NCBI RefSeq assembly: GCF_052425735.1 | Contig: NC_135758.1 | Location: forward strand, 3,162,001 to 3,226,000 | Direction of reading: 5' to 3' | Source: Oculina patagonica | Taxonomy: Eukaryota | Length of the DNA stretch: 64,000 bases | Made by a program: the position numbers and the translations under genes | The notes under the pieces: model-generated | The model's database searches: none | Told to the model about the DNA's origin: nothing | Seen by the model: the letters and a program-made list of their open reading frames with translations, nothing else | Shown: piece after piece, positions 37,351 to 51,084 of the stretch | Position numbering within the stretch: the stretch's first letter is position 1 | Layout: the number at the start of each line of letters is the position of its first letter

Positions 37351-38679
37351 CTAGTGGCTGGCTGATTGAATGACTGACTGTCTTTTTGCGAGTCACTACG
37401 AAGGTCATCTGCATGAATAATTGTAATCAATTCTGCATTACCCCAGAAGAAAAAAGAATACAAGATTTCAGCAGAAAGAGACAATTGAAACTCGGCAGCC
37501 CTCTTCAAAAATCGACGAAAGTGGAAAATTTAAGTCAAGATCCAAAATGGCAGACTGAACAAGATATTTTATGAAATAAAATCAATTTGACAGCCAATTG
37601 CTGTAAATATCGAGAATCCAGCGTCGATCATAAAATTTTGAATTTTATTATATTTTAACGAAACAAACTCTATCGAAAATACAATTTAAAGGTTCAGGAG
37701 CGTTTAATTTTTTCAAAAACAAGAAAAATTCGAAAAGGCCGTTTTGGTGTCCCGCTGCTGCCAAAATTCTTGCGTTTTGTTTTCTCTCGCACAGCTAAAC
37801 ACGATAGCACCCATCGATATGTACTTTAGGAAAAAATAACAAATTTTGTGTTCTATTTAAAATGACTAAATTATTTTGTGATAATCTCCGACTGTTTTTG
37901 GTTGTTTCAGTTACCACAGTTACAATGCTTGATTGAAAAGGCTAATTTTAATAGCTAACTTCAACACTGAAGAGATTCCAATAGTACATAGAATTTGAAG
38001 TCAAAACTGGGATAATTGTAAAGCATATCCATTATGTTCTTTTATATAAAAATGTCTGAGCCGACCTGCCAAAAATATCCCGTAGAAAAACAAAAACGAG
38101 AAATGTGTTATGGCTCTCCGGCCATTTGCGAAGTGATGAAGAGACTTCCCCGTTCTGAATACGATCTTTATCAATGACAAAAATACAACGAAAGGAAACC
38201 TTAACTCAATTCTAGGTGTTCCAAAATATACTTTTTACACCAATCTATCATCCGTTACGATTAGAATATTATTTTGATAACATTTGGAGTAAACGAGAAA
38301 TGCCGTTCAAGTTTACAAATAGTGTAATTCAACGTCAAACAGATAGCCCCAAAAAATATCTTCTGCTTCTCTGTTTTTTTATTTATCATTTTTGAGATGA
38401 AAACTAAATGACTTTTAATTGCGTCATTATGATACCATTTTTAAGTTACGAAAATCTTAAGAGTGTAAAGACACGAGGTGGAAGCATGCACAGATGAGCG
38501 AGCTGGTACGAGCATGGCTAGAATAATAGTACAATAAGATATTATTATAATTTAGAAAAAAAAGCGAACCAAAACAGAAGCTTACAACGTCCTTAGTAAC
38601 TAAAATGTCGACAACAAAATCACAAGCCGCGCCCTACCCCCAACTGATCATTTTCAACGAGTTCTTTATAACAGAAAAT

Positions 38680-39380
38680 GCGCTTTCAGAAGAGTTGGTG
38701 GAAACTTGCGAAGGCGCTTTGTCCACTGATGAGTTTGATCGGGCGTTAACCCTATTCAGACCGGGGGGGGGGGGGGGGGCTTTTGAGGCCCGCGCTGACT
38801 TTGAACTTTTATAACTTTTTTTACGATTTAACCAAACGCTGCCAAACTTTCTGAGTTTTCCTAAAATTTATCTGGCAACAAATTGGTAGGGTTGGATGAT
38901 GTGTCAGGAACTTGACATCATCATGGCAACGGCATTTTGACAGGCATGTTTTCCCAAATTTGTAATTTTAAGTGTTTCTGTTAATAAAAATCAACTTAAA
39001 TGGCATTATTTTTACATTTTTACGGGTTTAAAGCACATTTTTATTTATTTTGAGTACTTTGCAATGATTTTGGGTGGTTTTCTGGCATTTTGGAAAAATT
39101 TTGAAATGCAAGATGGCGGATCCAAGATGGCGGCTGTTTTGACATCATGATGTAATTGTCACGTGATGTGACGTCACCATCCTACGTGACGTATACCAAA
39201 AGAAAGAGTTTCGGACGTACAATACATCCTATAAGTTTCATGGTGATTGCTTAAATATTCTGGAAGTTACATAGGGGGGGGCTTCCGAAGCCCCCCCCCC
39301 CCCCCCGCCGGTCTGAGAAGGTCCAAAAAAGCCCGGTCTGAATAGGGTTAAGGAATTGCCCACCGTTAAAGAATCGCCTT
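38680..39380 (+). mobile_element. Short L1/Tx1-like ORF2 relic split by the MITE
   Basis: Removing the MITE restores TCEGALSTDEFDRAL-KELPTVKESP, resembling the CEG...AL...KSPG region upstream of non-LTR RT. Confidence 0.4.
38750..39347. mobile_element. Non-autonomous piggyBac-type MITE (copy 2)
   Basis: Same TIRs, TTAA TSD at 38746-49 and 39348-51, highly similar to 2-582. Confidence 0.9.
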
Positions 39381-39624
39381 TTTTTCGCAGACAATGTTTG
39401 CCAGGTTTTCTAAGAATCACCAGAGAATTGACGCCGGGTGACCCGCCATTTAAGGTGACTGTCTCTTCAAAAGAGTAAAACTAGCACTTTTACGGAGTGA
39501 AGCCAAGCTCAGTTGCTAGAGATTTGCAAAAAGTCCAAAGGGCAGACCCCTTAACTGGAGCCTCTTCGCGATTCAATGCTCAGATCTCACAGGCAGCTCA
39601 AGTAAAAGAAAAATGAATTAAATA

Positions 39625-39866
39625 TACTTAATTGACCACTCCCCGAGTGGGGCTTTTCAAGGGCAGTGTGAACAAACACTAAAACAAATATTTCAAATGA
39701 ACACGTGGGTAAACATCCCAACATTACAAAAACATCCCATTACAAACGTAGCTGAGTCGCTGAACTCGGGACTGCCGAGAAGAGCACCATCTAGTAGTCA
39801 GAACGGGATTTGAACCCACGAACTCTAAATTTTGAGTGAAGCGCTCTAACCACTCGGCCACGCTGT
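39625..39866 (-). mobile_element. tRNA-derived SINE
   Basis: Minus strand TGGCCGAGTGGTTAGAGCG (A box) and GGTTCAAATCC (B box), followed by a non-tRNA body. Confidence 0.7.
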
Positions 39867-40815
39867 CCCGGTAAAGTAGGATTTCCTCCCCGTTTCTTTC
39901 TAAATAAAGCTGGCGGCCTTTTTGCTGAATACACTAGTAAGCAACCTTTACTTTCTCCATACTACACTGTGGTTTGCTGTCTTTACATCTTGCCGTCATC
40001 TTGTGAAATAAGGGTTGGCTCGGGTGATCATGATAGCTGAGGTGTAAACGACGTGGAGAGGAGGGTTGTACGTAGTCGCTTGTGTCTGAACAACGTGGGG
40101 TGGAGGAGCGTGCACGGTCAATGCTGTATTAAAAAGTCTTTACCTTTAGGGTTATTGCTATATGTTGGGCCATTAGCATGTCGTTCTCCAGGGGTGGAGG
40201 GAAGGTACTTTTAAGACTCCAATTGATTAGGCTTTCGATTAAAGTAATATAAAAACAAGTGCTTCTCGACGTATTTCTTATCTGTTTTCTTGTCTAGCCA
40301 ACCGTTTTCTGGTTATCACTAGCGAGAGGTATATGTTCATTTTTTTATTTAAGCTGAAATTATTATTCACTTAACCCCCGGTCAAATACCACCTACATTA
40401 TCAAAAGCTCATAGCAAGTAGAGTTGATGAATTTACCAAAGTTTGCATGTTACCAATAAGCCCAGTGGTAAAATACGTTACTAGCGCAGTGCTGAAATGA
40501 AGGAGTAGTCTTCCATAGTGAATATTTAGCATTATAGTGTATATATTATTATTTTTAAACCGTTGCTTTTTTTGCATTTAACAAACCCGTATCTCGATCT
40601 GTGACAAAACCCTAACGTAATATGTTATCAAGGCCAAGTTAAAAAAAAAAAGTTAACAGCGATGAACACAAGCATGTTTTTGAAAACTTAATTGTTAATT
40701 ACTATAATAACTTTTTGATCGATAGGTGTTATGTGGATTCTTTGTGTTTCACTTTGGTTAAATTTTTTTTTATTATCAATCTTCAAGCTATTTTAATAGC
40801 TTAATGTCTTAAAAG

Positions 40816-40968
40816 ACACCAATGGCCGGCACTTGAGTTGCTGTGTCCAGCTTTTGGTAAGGACACGTGCCCATACAGTGGCCCGTTTGCCAAGAACAAA
40901 GGCGTCGAGAGCTATGCCCAGGATTCAACGATGATTGCCCATTTAAGAAATGCAAGACCGTCTGTGAG
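40816..40968 (+). pseudogene. Decayed paralogue of the terminal CP-domain exon, truncated by a SINE-like tail
   Basis: AAAG|ACA CCA ATG (TPM, cf. TPL), an in-frame TGA, and frameshifts. Still encodes CPAFGKDTCPY and CPGFNDDCPFKKCKTV. Confidence 0.75.
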
Positions 40969-41271
40969 ACGAGTTTTTTTTTTTCTCCGGATTATCCGGT
41001 TTTCCTCCCTCCACAAAATCCAATACTTCCAAATTCCAATTCGATCGGGAATACACGCCCCTACAAGCTTTTAGCTTTAATCCTCACTGTATCTAAATAA
41101 AGGTAATTTATTTTTTTTAATTATTTATGAAACCAAAACTAGAACGTGACGGTTGTTTGGTGATGTGTTAAACTAATTTGCTGCGAGTCTGCTAGTGTAA
41201 AATGCTTTTTTTTATTTTCTTTAATTTAAAAGTCTCATGTTGTTGTTTTTTCCTTAATTTTTATAATCAAG

Positions 41272-41583
41272 GTTCCAATGGACGTCGACTTCGACGACAT
41301 TAAAGCCAAGTGCCCAGCCTTTGATAAGAATACGTGCCCATACATGGGTTTGGTTTCCGACCACAAAGGCCTTGCCAAAGGCAAATGCCCGGTATTCAGT
41401 GACGGTTGTCCATTTAAAAACCTCAACACCGTTGGAGAGTTTGTGGAGAAGATGACACAGATGCGGAATACCTGCAAGGGGAAGGCGGCTTATAGAGAAT
41501 TCTTCCATCAAGTCGCCGCTCGATCCTTCCAAGAAAAAGCAAAAGAAGTTGGATGATTGCATTCTCGATGCGTCTTTGTCAAT
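41272..41583 (+). pseudogene. Paralogue of terminal CP-domain exon (VPMDVDFDDIKAKCPAF...), premature stop at 41554-41556
   Basis: Acceptor TCAAG| in phase 0. The first four CP motifs are intact. The last CP pair is lost (remnant AFSMRLCQ in another frame). Could still be a shortened alternative last exon. Confidence 0.7.
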
Positions 41584-44500
41584 AATTTCATTTTGAAAAC
41601 GTTTTTATTTAAAAAAAATTCTGCGTTCCTATCTTTTGTTTTGGTTTAATTTTTTTTACTATTTTCCAAACTTTTTTCAGGAAATGGCCCGCACTTTTTT
41701 CTCTTTTATGAAGCGCAATTTGATATTCGATATTCGCACTTTTACGTGCAAAATGATGTAGCAAGTTTTCTTTTGAAATGACATATGTTAATCACTAAAC
41801 AAAGTCACAACATAGAAAAAAGAAAGTCGTCTCTGTATATAGATAGTTAGGGTACATAGAAAGAATGGTGGTATCCATACTTATAGATTCCGTACAACAG
41901 CCTGTAATTTTACACTGCGTTTGCAAACTGTGAAAAGATTAGAGATAAAAAATACTGTTTTAAAAGTTTAATTCCAATAATTTCTATTTCATTTTTATAT
42001 TTTAACTATTTTTATTATGTAAATATTTCACCATTTCTAACCATACTACTTTGAAGCTTACTTTGGTTACTGGAAAATGTTCTGCATTCACAAATGGTTG
42101 AATATATATGAATGTGAAAGATATGACAGTACGTGAAAAGAATAGTTCGGGTGCGCGAGAACATTGCGCTGGTTGCATTGTGCTAAAATAATAAATGCGA
42201 TGGGCGATTCCAAGCCTAGTCCTGTCCATTCTCGTTATATAATGCTTGCGGCAAACACCCAGACTCGAGCAAAGGTTCTTTTAGATATAAAAATGCCATT
42301 GAAGAGTTCAACTGAATAACCTGGAACTGCCTTTAACTGCCTTACACATTTCTAAAGGCAGTTTTTTTTTTAATATTTCAATCCACTTTTAAGACACCGT
42401 ATAAGTTCCTGGAAGTCAAAGATATTCATCAGACTCGCTGTCCTTCAAATGTAAAATGAAAGAGAATATATTAGTAAACGTCTTTTTTCTGGAAAAAGAC
42501 CCTCTACCATGTTCATTTAAAGCAAAGAGGCCTGAGCGAGCAACTTAAAAGAATGGCTCAGGCATTTAACCTGAGAGTTGCCACTCGACATTATTTTTGC
42601 TTAATCTCTTGGTGCCTAAATGTAATTAAGAGACCATCAACAAATAGGCCAATAAACTTGGGCAATTGTCTGTAGATTACTGTCAATAATATTGACCAAT
42701 ATAATGCCTGCTGTAAACTTTAAAGTTATGGTTTATCACTCAGAAGCAAACTGAAATACAAGTCAGTTTGATTTGCTTCTGGGTTTGAATAAGCTGATAA
42801 CAAACATAGAGGGAAAAAATGCAAGCGGAAAAGGGACGGCACATTTGATATCAAGCGTTGTGAAGAAAAGGAATCAAAAACTACTACTACTTTTGTAGTG
42901 AATGTTGATATTGCTGTGAGTACTCTCATTTCACAAGAGGGCGGTCGAGCTCTATCAGCCATTATGCTGAAGAGAGCCACTGATTACCAAGTTATGTCGA
43001 GAGGAAGTGTACTGGTTAATCCACGGATGTGATAAATATTATCAAGTAACAAATCACGCTGGAAACTATTATTCCAACTTGAGCTTCTTTTGTTGTCTGC
43101 AGTTTACAGTTTTACAATATATATGGGACTCATTTCAATGTACTTGCAGCATTGTCTTTGCATTTAACAGTAGTTGTATTTCAGGCGCGATATTTGGACA
43201 TTTTTGGAACAACGTGTTACGTGTTCATGGACCTTACAGCTCATTTAATCACTGTAATTTCTTTTCCTCAATTTAAGCCTAATCTCATTTATAATGGCTA
43301 TCTGTAAAGTAAGGGTGTATCATGTCTGATTAAGGTCAAGTGTGTGAGAACATTGACCAAACGTGCCAATGGGGAAGCCACCCATACGTATGTCCTGAAA
43401 GTAGCGGTCCCCAGAAAGTAGGCCACACACTGTACGGCTGATATTGATGCTTGTTACAAAAAAACATGTTCAATAAAGGTTATGTGTAGTATATAAAGCT
43501 CACATTAGCGTCCGGAGATATCAGGACAATGTCACACATTTAAAACGTACTTCCCAATTAAGATGATGGTGAAGTATTCGAATGAAACAAAAAAAAAACG
43601 CGATAGTTGCGCTGCTTGCGCTGCTTTAAGTTTGTTAAGAAAATAAACGAAATTTTCAAAGAGTCTAACTTTTCCCGTTCATCATTTCCCTATGATGTTC
43701 TCAGCAAAGAGCAATAGTGTAGCAAGGGTCTATTGTTAGAACCGAGCTAGAGTTGAACTGGGGAACTGGAACTGTCCCATGTTTAAGTGTGGAGCAACCT
43801 GCACAAGGCTGCCGGAGACAAACGATTCTTACATGTTACGGGTGAACCTGTTGAAGGGCAAATGGAAAGAATGGTTCGCATGAGTGACACATTCAACTTG
43901 GTGGGCACGGTTGCTTCCACAAGGCGTAATCTTCAGGTGCCTTAATTTGCCAGAGACCAAGAAACAACGTGGGGTGGAGGAGCGTGCACGGTCAATGCTG
44001 TATTAAAAAGTCTTTACCTTTTTCTGTTATTGCTATATGTTGGGCCATTAGCATGTCGTTCTCCAGGGGTGGAGGGAAGGTACTTTTAAGATTCCAATTG
44101 ATTAGGCTTTCGATTAAAGTAATATAAAAACAAGTGCTTCTTGACGTATTTCTTATCTGTTTTCTTGTCTAGCCAACCGTTTTCTGGTTATCACTAGCGA
44201 GAGGTATATGTTCATTTTTTTATTTAAGCTGAAATTATTATTCACTTAACCCCCGGTCAAATACCACCTACATTATCAAAAGCTCATAGCAAGTAGAGTT
44301 GATCAATTTACCAAAGTTTGCATGTTACCAATAAGCCCAGTGGTAAAATACGTTACTAGCGCAGTGCTGAAATGAAGGAGTAGTCTTACTTTTTGGGCGG
44401 TACTTTGTTACTTTAAGTTACCATAGTGAATATTTAGCATTATAGTGTATATATTTTTAGTACGTTTATTTTTAAACCGTTGCTTTTTTGCGTTTAACAA

Positions 44501-44717
44501 ACCCGTATCTCGATCTGCGACAAAACCCTAACGTAATATGTAATCAAGGCCAAGTTAACAGCGATGAACACAAGCATGTTTTTGAAAACTTAATTGTTAA
44601 TTACTATAATAACTTTTTGATCGATAGGTGTTATGTGGATTCTTTGTGTTTCACTTTGGTTAAATTTTTTTTTATTATCAATCTTCAAGCTATTTTAATA
44701 GCTTAATGTCTTAAAAG

Positions 44718-44870
44718 ACACCAATGGCCGGCACTTGAGTTGCTGTATCCAGCTTTTGGTAAGGACACGTGCCCATACAGCGGCCCGTTTGCCAAGAACA
44801 AAGGCGTCGAGAGCTATGCCCAGGATTCAAGGATGGTTGCCCATTTAAGAAATGCAAGACCGTCTGTGAG
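44718..44870 (+). pseudogene. Second copy of decayed CP-domain exon (YPAFGKDTCPY...CPGFKDGCPFKKCKTV)
   Basis: Duplicate of 40816-40968 within the 3.9-kb tandem duplication. Confidence 0.7.
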
Positions 44871-45171
44871 ACGAGTTTTTTTTTTCTCCGGATTATCCGG
44901 TTTTCCTCCCTCCACAAAATCCAATACTTCCAAATTCCAATTCGATCGGGAATACACGCCCCTACAAGCTTTTAGCTTTAATCCTCACTGTATCTAAATA
45001 AAGGTAATTTATTTTTTTAATTATTTATGAAACCAAAACTAGAACGTGACGGTTGTTTGGTGATGTGTTAAACTAATTTGCTGCGAGTCTGCTAGTGTAA
45101 AATGCTTTTTTTTATTTTCTTTAATTTAAAAGTCTCATGTTGTTGTTTTTTCCTTAATTTTTATAATCAAG

Positions 45172-45483
45172 GTTCCAATGGACGTCGACTTCGACGACAT
45201 TAAAGCCAAGTGCCCAGCCTTTGATAAGAATACGTGCCCATACATGGGTTTGGTTTCCGACCACAAAGGCCTTGCCAAAGGCAAATGCCCGGTATTCAGT
45301 GACGGTTGTCCATTTAAAAACCTCAACACCGTTGGAGAGTTTGTGGAGAAGATGACACAGATGCGGAATACCTGCAAGGGGAAGGCGGCTTATAGAGAAT
45401 TCTTCCATCATTGCCGCTCGATCCTTCCAAGAAAAAGCAAAAGAAGTTGGATGATTGCATTCTCGATGCGTCTTTGTCAATAA
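45172..45483 (+). pseudogene. Second copy of VPMDVDF... CP-domain exon with a 2-nt deletion near 45410
   Basis: Near-identical to 41272-41583. The frameshift gives the tail HHCRSIL...AFSMRLCQ*. Confidence 0.7.
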
Positions 45484-48400
45484 TTTCATTTTGAAAACGT
45501 TTTTATTTAAAAAAAATTCTGCTTTCCTATCTTTTGTTTTGGTTTAATTTTTTTTACTATTTTCCAAACTTTTTTCAGGAAATGGCCCGCACTTTTTTCT
45601 CTTTTATGAAGCGCAATTTGATATTCGATATTCGCACTTTTACGTGCAAAATGATGTAGCAAGTTTTCTTTTGAAATGACATATGTTAATCACTAAACAA
45701 AGTCACAACATAGAAAAAAGAAAGTCGTCTCTGTATATAGATAGTTAGGGTACATAGCTAGTAGAAAGAATGGTGGTATCCATACTTATAGATTCCGTAC
45801 AACAGCCTGTAATTTTACACTGCGTTTGCAAACTGTGAAAAGATTAGAGATAAAAAATACTGTTTTAAAAGTTTAATTCCAATAATTTCTATTTCATTTT
45901 TATATTTTAACTATTTTTATTATGTAAATATTTCACCATTTCTAACCATACTACTTTGAAGCTTACTTTGGTTACTGGAAAATGTTCTGCATTCACAAAT
46001 GGTTGAATATATATGAATGTGAAAGATATGACAGTACGTGAAAAGAATAGTTCGGGTGCGCGAGAACATTGCGCTGGTTGCATTGTGCTAAAATAATAAA
46101 TGCGATGGGCGATTCCAAGCCTAGTCCTGTCCATTCTCGTTATATAATGCTTGCGGCAAACACCCAGACTCGAGCAAAGGTTCTTTTAGATATAAAAATG
46201 CCATTGAAGAGTTCAACTGAATAACCTGGAACTGCCTTTAACTGCCTTACACATTTCTAAAGGCAGTTTTTTTTTTAATATTTCAATCCACTTTTAAGAC
46301 ACCGTATAAGTTCCTGGAAGTCAAAGATATTCATCAGACTCGCTGTCCTTCAAATGTAAAATGAAAGAGAATATATTAGTAAACGTCTTTTTTCTGGAAA
46401 AAGACCCTCTACCATGTTCATTTAAAGCAAAGAGGCCTGAGCGAGCAACTTAAAAGAATGGCTCAGGCATTTAACCTGAGAGTTGCCACTCGACATTATT
46501 TTTGCTTAATCTCTTGGTGCCTAAATGTTATTAAGAGACCATCAACAAATAGGCCAATAAACTCGGGCAATTGTCTGTAGATTACTGTCAATAATATTGA
46601 CCAATATAATGCCTGCTGTAAACTTTAAAGTTATGGTTTATCACTCAGAAGCAAACTGAAATACAAGTCAGTTTGATTTGCTTCTGGGTTTGAATAAGCT
46701 GATAACAAACATAGAGGGAAAAAATGCAAGCGGAAAAGGGACGGCACATTTGATATCAAGCGATGTGAAGAAAAGGAATCAAAAACTACTACTACTTTTG
46801 TAGTGAATGCTGATATTGCTGTGAGTACTCTCATTTCACAAGAGGGCGGTCGAGCTGTTTCAGCCATTATGCTGAAGAGAGCCACTGATTACCAAGTTAT
46901 GTCGAGAGGAAGTGTACTGGTTAATCCACGGATGTGATAAATATTATCAAGTAACAAATCACGCTGGAAACTATTATTCCAACTTGAGCTTCTTTTGTTG
47001 TCTGCAGTTTACAGTTTTACAATATATATGGGACTCATTTCAATGTACTTGCAGCATTGTCTTTGCATTTAACAGTAGTTGTATTTCAGGCGCGATATTT
47101 GGACATTTTTGGAACAACGTGTTACGTGTTCATGGACCTTACAGCTCATTTAAGCTCTGTAATTTCTTTTCCTCAATTTAAGCCTAATCTCATTTATAAT
47201 GGCTATCTGTAAACTAAGGGTGTATCATGTCTGATTAAGGTCAAGTGTGTGAGAACATTGACCAAACGTGCCAATGGGGAAGCCACCCATACGTATGTCC
47301 TGAAAGTAGCGGTCCCCAGAAAGTAGGCCACACACTGTACGGCTGATATTGATGCTTGTTACAAAAAAACATGTTCAATAAAGGTTATGTGTAGTATATG
47401 ACGCTCACATTAGCGTCCGGAGATATCAGGACAATGTCACACATTTAAAACGTACTTCCCAATTAAGATGATGGTGAAGTATTCGAATGAAACAAAAAAA
47501 ACGCGATAGTTGCGCTGCTTGCGCTGCTTTAAGTTTGTTAAGAAAATAAACGAAATTTTCAAAGAGTCTAACTTTTCCCGTTCATCATTTCCCTATGATG
47601 TTCTCAGCAAAGAGCAATAGTGTAGCAAGGGTCTATTGTTAGAACCGAGCTAGAGTTGAACTGGGGAACTGGAACTGTCCCATGTTTAAGTGTGGAGCAA
47701 CCTGCACAAGGCTGCCGGAGACAAACGATTCTTACATGTTACGGGTGAACCTGTTGAAGGGCAAATGGAAAGAATGGTTCACATGAGTGACACATTCAAC
47801 TTGGTGGGCACGGTTGCTTCCACAAGGCGTAATATTCAGGTGCCTTAATTTTCCAGAGACCAAGAAAAATCCTAGTACAAGCAAGATTCTTTTGTCCATT
47901 TTTTGCCCATATTACACTGCTTTGACGGTGCTTTCCATTCATATAGCAAATGCAACTTACTTGTCGCAGAGTGTCAATCAAAGGAAGCCTTAGATCTCCA
48001 CTGCGGAAAAAAGCTGAACAAAGAAATAATATTCCCTAAATTTATCCAGTACCAGTACTTGTCCAGTAGGTTGAGACAGACACAAAGCGTAAGATTAAAA
48101 TGATGTAATTTCTAAAGAGGTAAGAGACAATTTACATAGCTGACTAAGAATGTTGTTGTTGGGCCACTGAGAAGTGGGTAGAGCGACTGCCAATATTCAA
48201 AAGAAACTCTCTTGGAGTTTTAATAAACGAAATGAGGCTACCCTATATTAAACGTTATTCCTTATAACTTTTCATAATTGCCACTTTCAGTATACAGTTG
48301 TTTATATTTTGTTTCACAAATGGCGAGGAAGATCGTGAACACCAATAGTAAAAAACCATTCACCTGCACTTTAAGCCCATAACGAAAAGAAAGGATGAGA

Positions 48401-50500
48401 GATAGTCCTCTTCCTTTATTACAGCCATCCCTACTATCAAAACAGCTTTGCATAGAACAACCTGAAGACGGTCGATGATTACATAATAAGAATGGCTCAA
48501 GTTAAAGTTAACCAATGGTTGAGCCTTTTTCAACGTTAAATGAAAGGGTGCCTGAGATTCACAAGAATCGAACGAAGTCAAAATCTTAGTAATTCGAGTA
48601 AAATCCTGTCAATTTTTCGCTCATGAAAGTTGCAGCAATTAGAGTTTTACTTCAAAACAAAGCGGTTATTGTAATGTTTGAAACTACTGAATTTCTAAAC
48701 AGCCCATTTTAAAATATTTGTCTATTTGTGTATTTTAATAGTATTGGGGTGAGTACGTAAGAGGTTTCGGATTATATTGTTAAAAATACCCTGAAAACCA
48801 TATTTTTTATAATTTAGTCAACGTCCATAGTTTGTTTATATATTAAATATAATTTTAATGGATGATTAGTTAATTAATTAATTAATTATAATTTACCTGA
48901 AACAACACCAAAAATATTTATTGACCAACTCTCCGAAACTCTTCAAGTCTAAGATGAAAGGTACATTCGCTAAACTCCGTTATATCTTTTGTGAATTGAA
49001 ACAGAACTTTCCAGTGGGCAGCATAAAGACCATAATTGGTGAGCTAATGGACGAGCATGACCCAGTTATGTGACAATAGTCAGCCAAATGATCGCACTGC
49101 TTACTAAAAGCTTAACCAAGGCGTGCGTGAGCTGTCCAAGAAGACCGAAAAGAAAACCCTAAGTCCTTCATTCAAGTCAACACTCGCATTCAACAAAAGA
49201 AATCTCCTTGACTTACAGAAAACCTTAGAAGAGAATTTTGAAGGAATATTTGACAATTATTGTCGTCGATTTAGAAGTGTTAGATCTCTTCGGCAAATTG
49301 GGAAAAAAAAAAGAAAGGAGATACGTCTATTGACAAGAGGTTTCAACTTTTCATCTAGCCACTTTGCAAGCCCTTCGAGCAGATGGAGACAGCTTTTTCG
49401 CCGGTTAGGAAGAATTCTGTGAACGACTGTTTCAATTAAGGGACTTTTCTTTTTTGAATAAAGGATGGTAATACTCAGGTGGTTTATCTCTTGTGCTGGG
49501 TCTCTGCTGGTCAAATGTCTTGAATTTTATCCTGCTATTGATGCACACCTCATCTGACAATCGAATGTAGTTGAGCCTGTCCAAAGTGTGAGATGGTAAG
49601 ATGAAAAGTTTTGAATGCGTTCATCAACAACAAAATCCCAGTAAAGTAGCCGTAAAATTTTTGATGAGAGACCACTACCCATTTTTCTGATAAGTTTTCT
49701 TGCGTAGCAGCGCCATCTTATTCGGAATCCATAAACAGCGGGAAGACGAGCAGTTCTGACGATTTTCACCGCAGATCTCGCTAGGCTTGTTCTTCGGGGT
49801 GGTGTTTTACTGTGATTTGTGACGCATTTTTCCCAAGATGTCATCCCTTGGCGAATTGTTTGGTGGATCGCTTCCACTCTTTGACGAGTCGCCTGAACAC
49901 GTCAAGCTCATTACTTTGTTTTAATTTTCTTATTATAGTAGACTTCGGTAAATATTTTTACAAGAAAATTAACGGTAAAAATGTTTACGTGACGGTTGAG
50001 CATAGAAAAGTTTTAGCATAGAATGTTTGAGATCTCTAAGGAGACAAAGAAGTCCAGCCACTGACGATTTTCTACCGATTGCTGTCCATCATTTCCATTA
50101 TTCACCGACCCGCATCCCTTTCGGCCATTAAAGATTATTTAGAAGGCACCACTGCATTGCAAGGCTTAGCAGCATGGCCGTGGAAACTAACGCTGTTCAA
50201 AGCTGGCTATCCATTTAACAACCTGTTGACCATTTTTGAATACGAGCACGTTTTGAATTGTCTTTTTGCAAATGTTGGGTAAATTTATTTTGTTTAATTA
50301 GTTAACTACAAGCGTAAAGTAATTATATGGATGCCACTTTCTCCGGTCAATACAAAGCAGTGAATTTCACAAAGCTCTATGCATGTTTTACCCATAAAAA
50401 AAATAGGCTCCTGAAGATACAGTTACTACATTTAAACAATATTGTTTACTTTATAATATATAAGCCTGATCATTGCATTACATTTTGGCATTTCTGCCAT

Positions 50501-50985
50501 ATTTCCAATGTAAAGAAAAACTTGCAAAAGAACGAAAGGCTGTCCCTGAAAACTGTAATGTTGAGTATTACATGACTCAAATGCTTGTCGACCAAAAGTC
50601 AACCCAAGGGTCATATTATTACTTTCTAATGCTTAACCAAAGAGAGTTCCAAATGGGTTGAGAGGAAAAGGAAAACCCAGAAATTTCGTGGAAATTTCTT
50701 TCAATTCTTTGCCAATGATGCTAGCAACAAAAGACACATTTCCAGTGTCCAAAAGCAACCTTGCAAGAGAACGAAAAGTTCCCCCTGAAAACTGTCATGT
50801 GCAATACTGGATACATGACTTAAATGCTTGTCGACCAAAAGTCGACCCAAGCGTCATATTGCTTTCTAATGCTTCACCAAAGGGTGTAAGCTAATTCCAG
50901 ATGGGTTGAGAAGAAAAAGAAGACCCAGAAATTTCGTGAAATTTCTTTCAATTCCTTGCCCATGATGCTAGCAACAAAGGACACA
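50501..50985. repeat. 2 x ~240-bp diverged tandem duplication
   Basis: Repeated CCCTGAAAACTGT, GCTTGTCGACCAAAAGTC and ATGATGCTAGCAACAAA blocks. Confidence 0.75.
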
Positions 50986-51084
50986 GTTTTCAGTCTCACG
51001 CAGACTTAAGTATAATAAGTTTTAGTAAGTATGTTTTCATAGGTGTCGAAAGTTTAGTCATCCTTAGTTTCTGAGAAACGGCAA

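Larger units (their letters stand above)
40089..47865. repeat. 2 x ~3.9-kb near-identical tandem duplication (40089-43962, 43963-47865)
   Basis: Identical ORF-track pairs. Junction AGAAACAACGTGGGG at ~43963. Differs by scattered SNPs and small indels. Confidence 0.9.

Noticed and set aside
42726-43276. Short ORFs repeated in both duplication copies, and most other 60-120 aa ORFs in the track
   Set aside because: No recognisable motifs or splice support. They recur only because of the DNA duplication.
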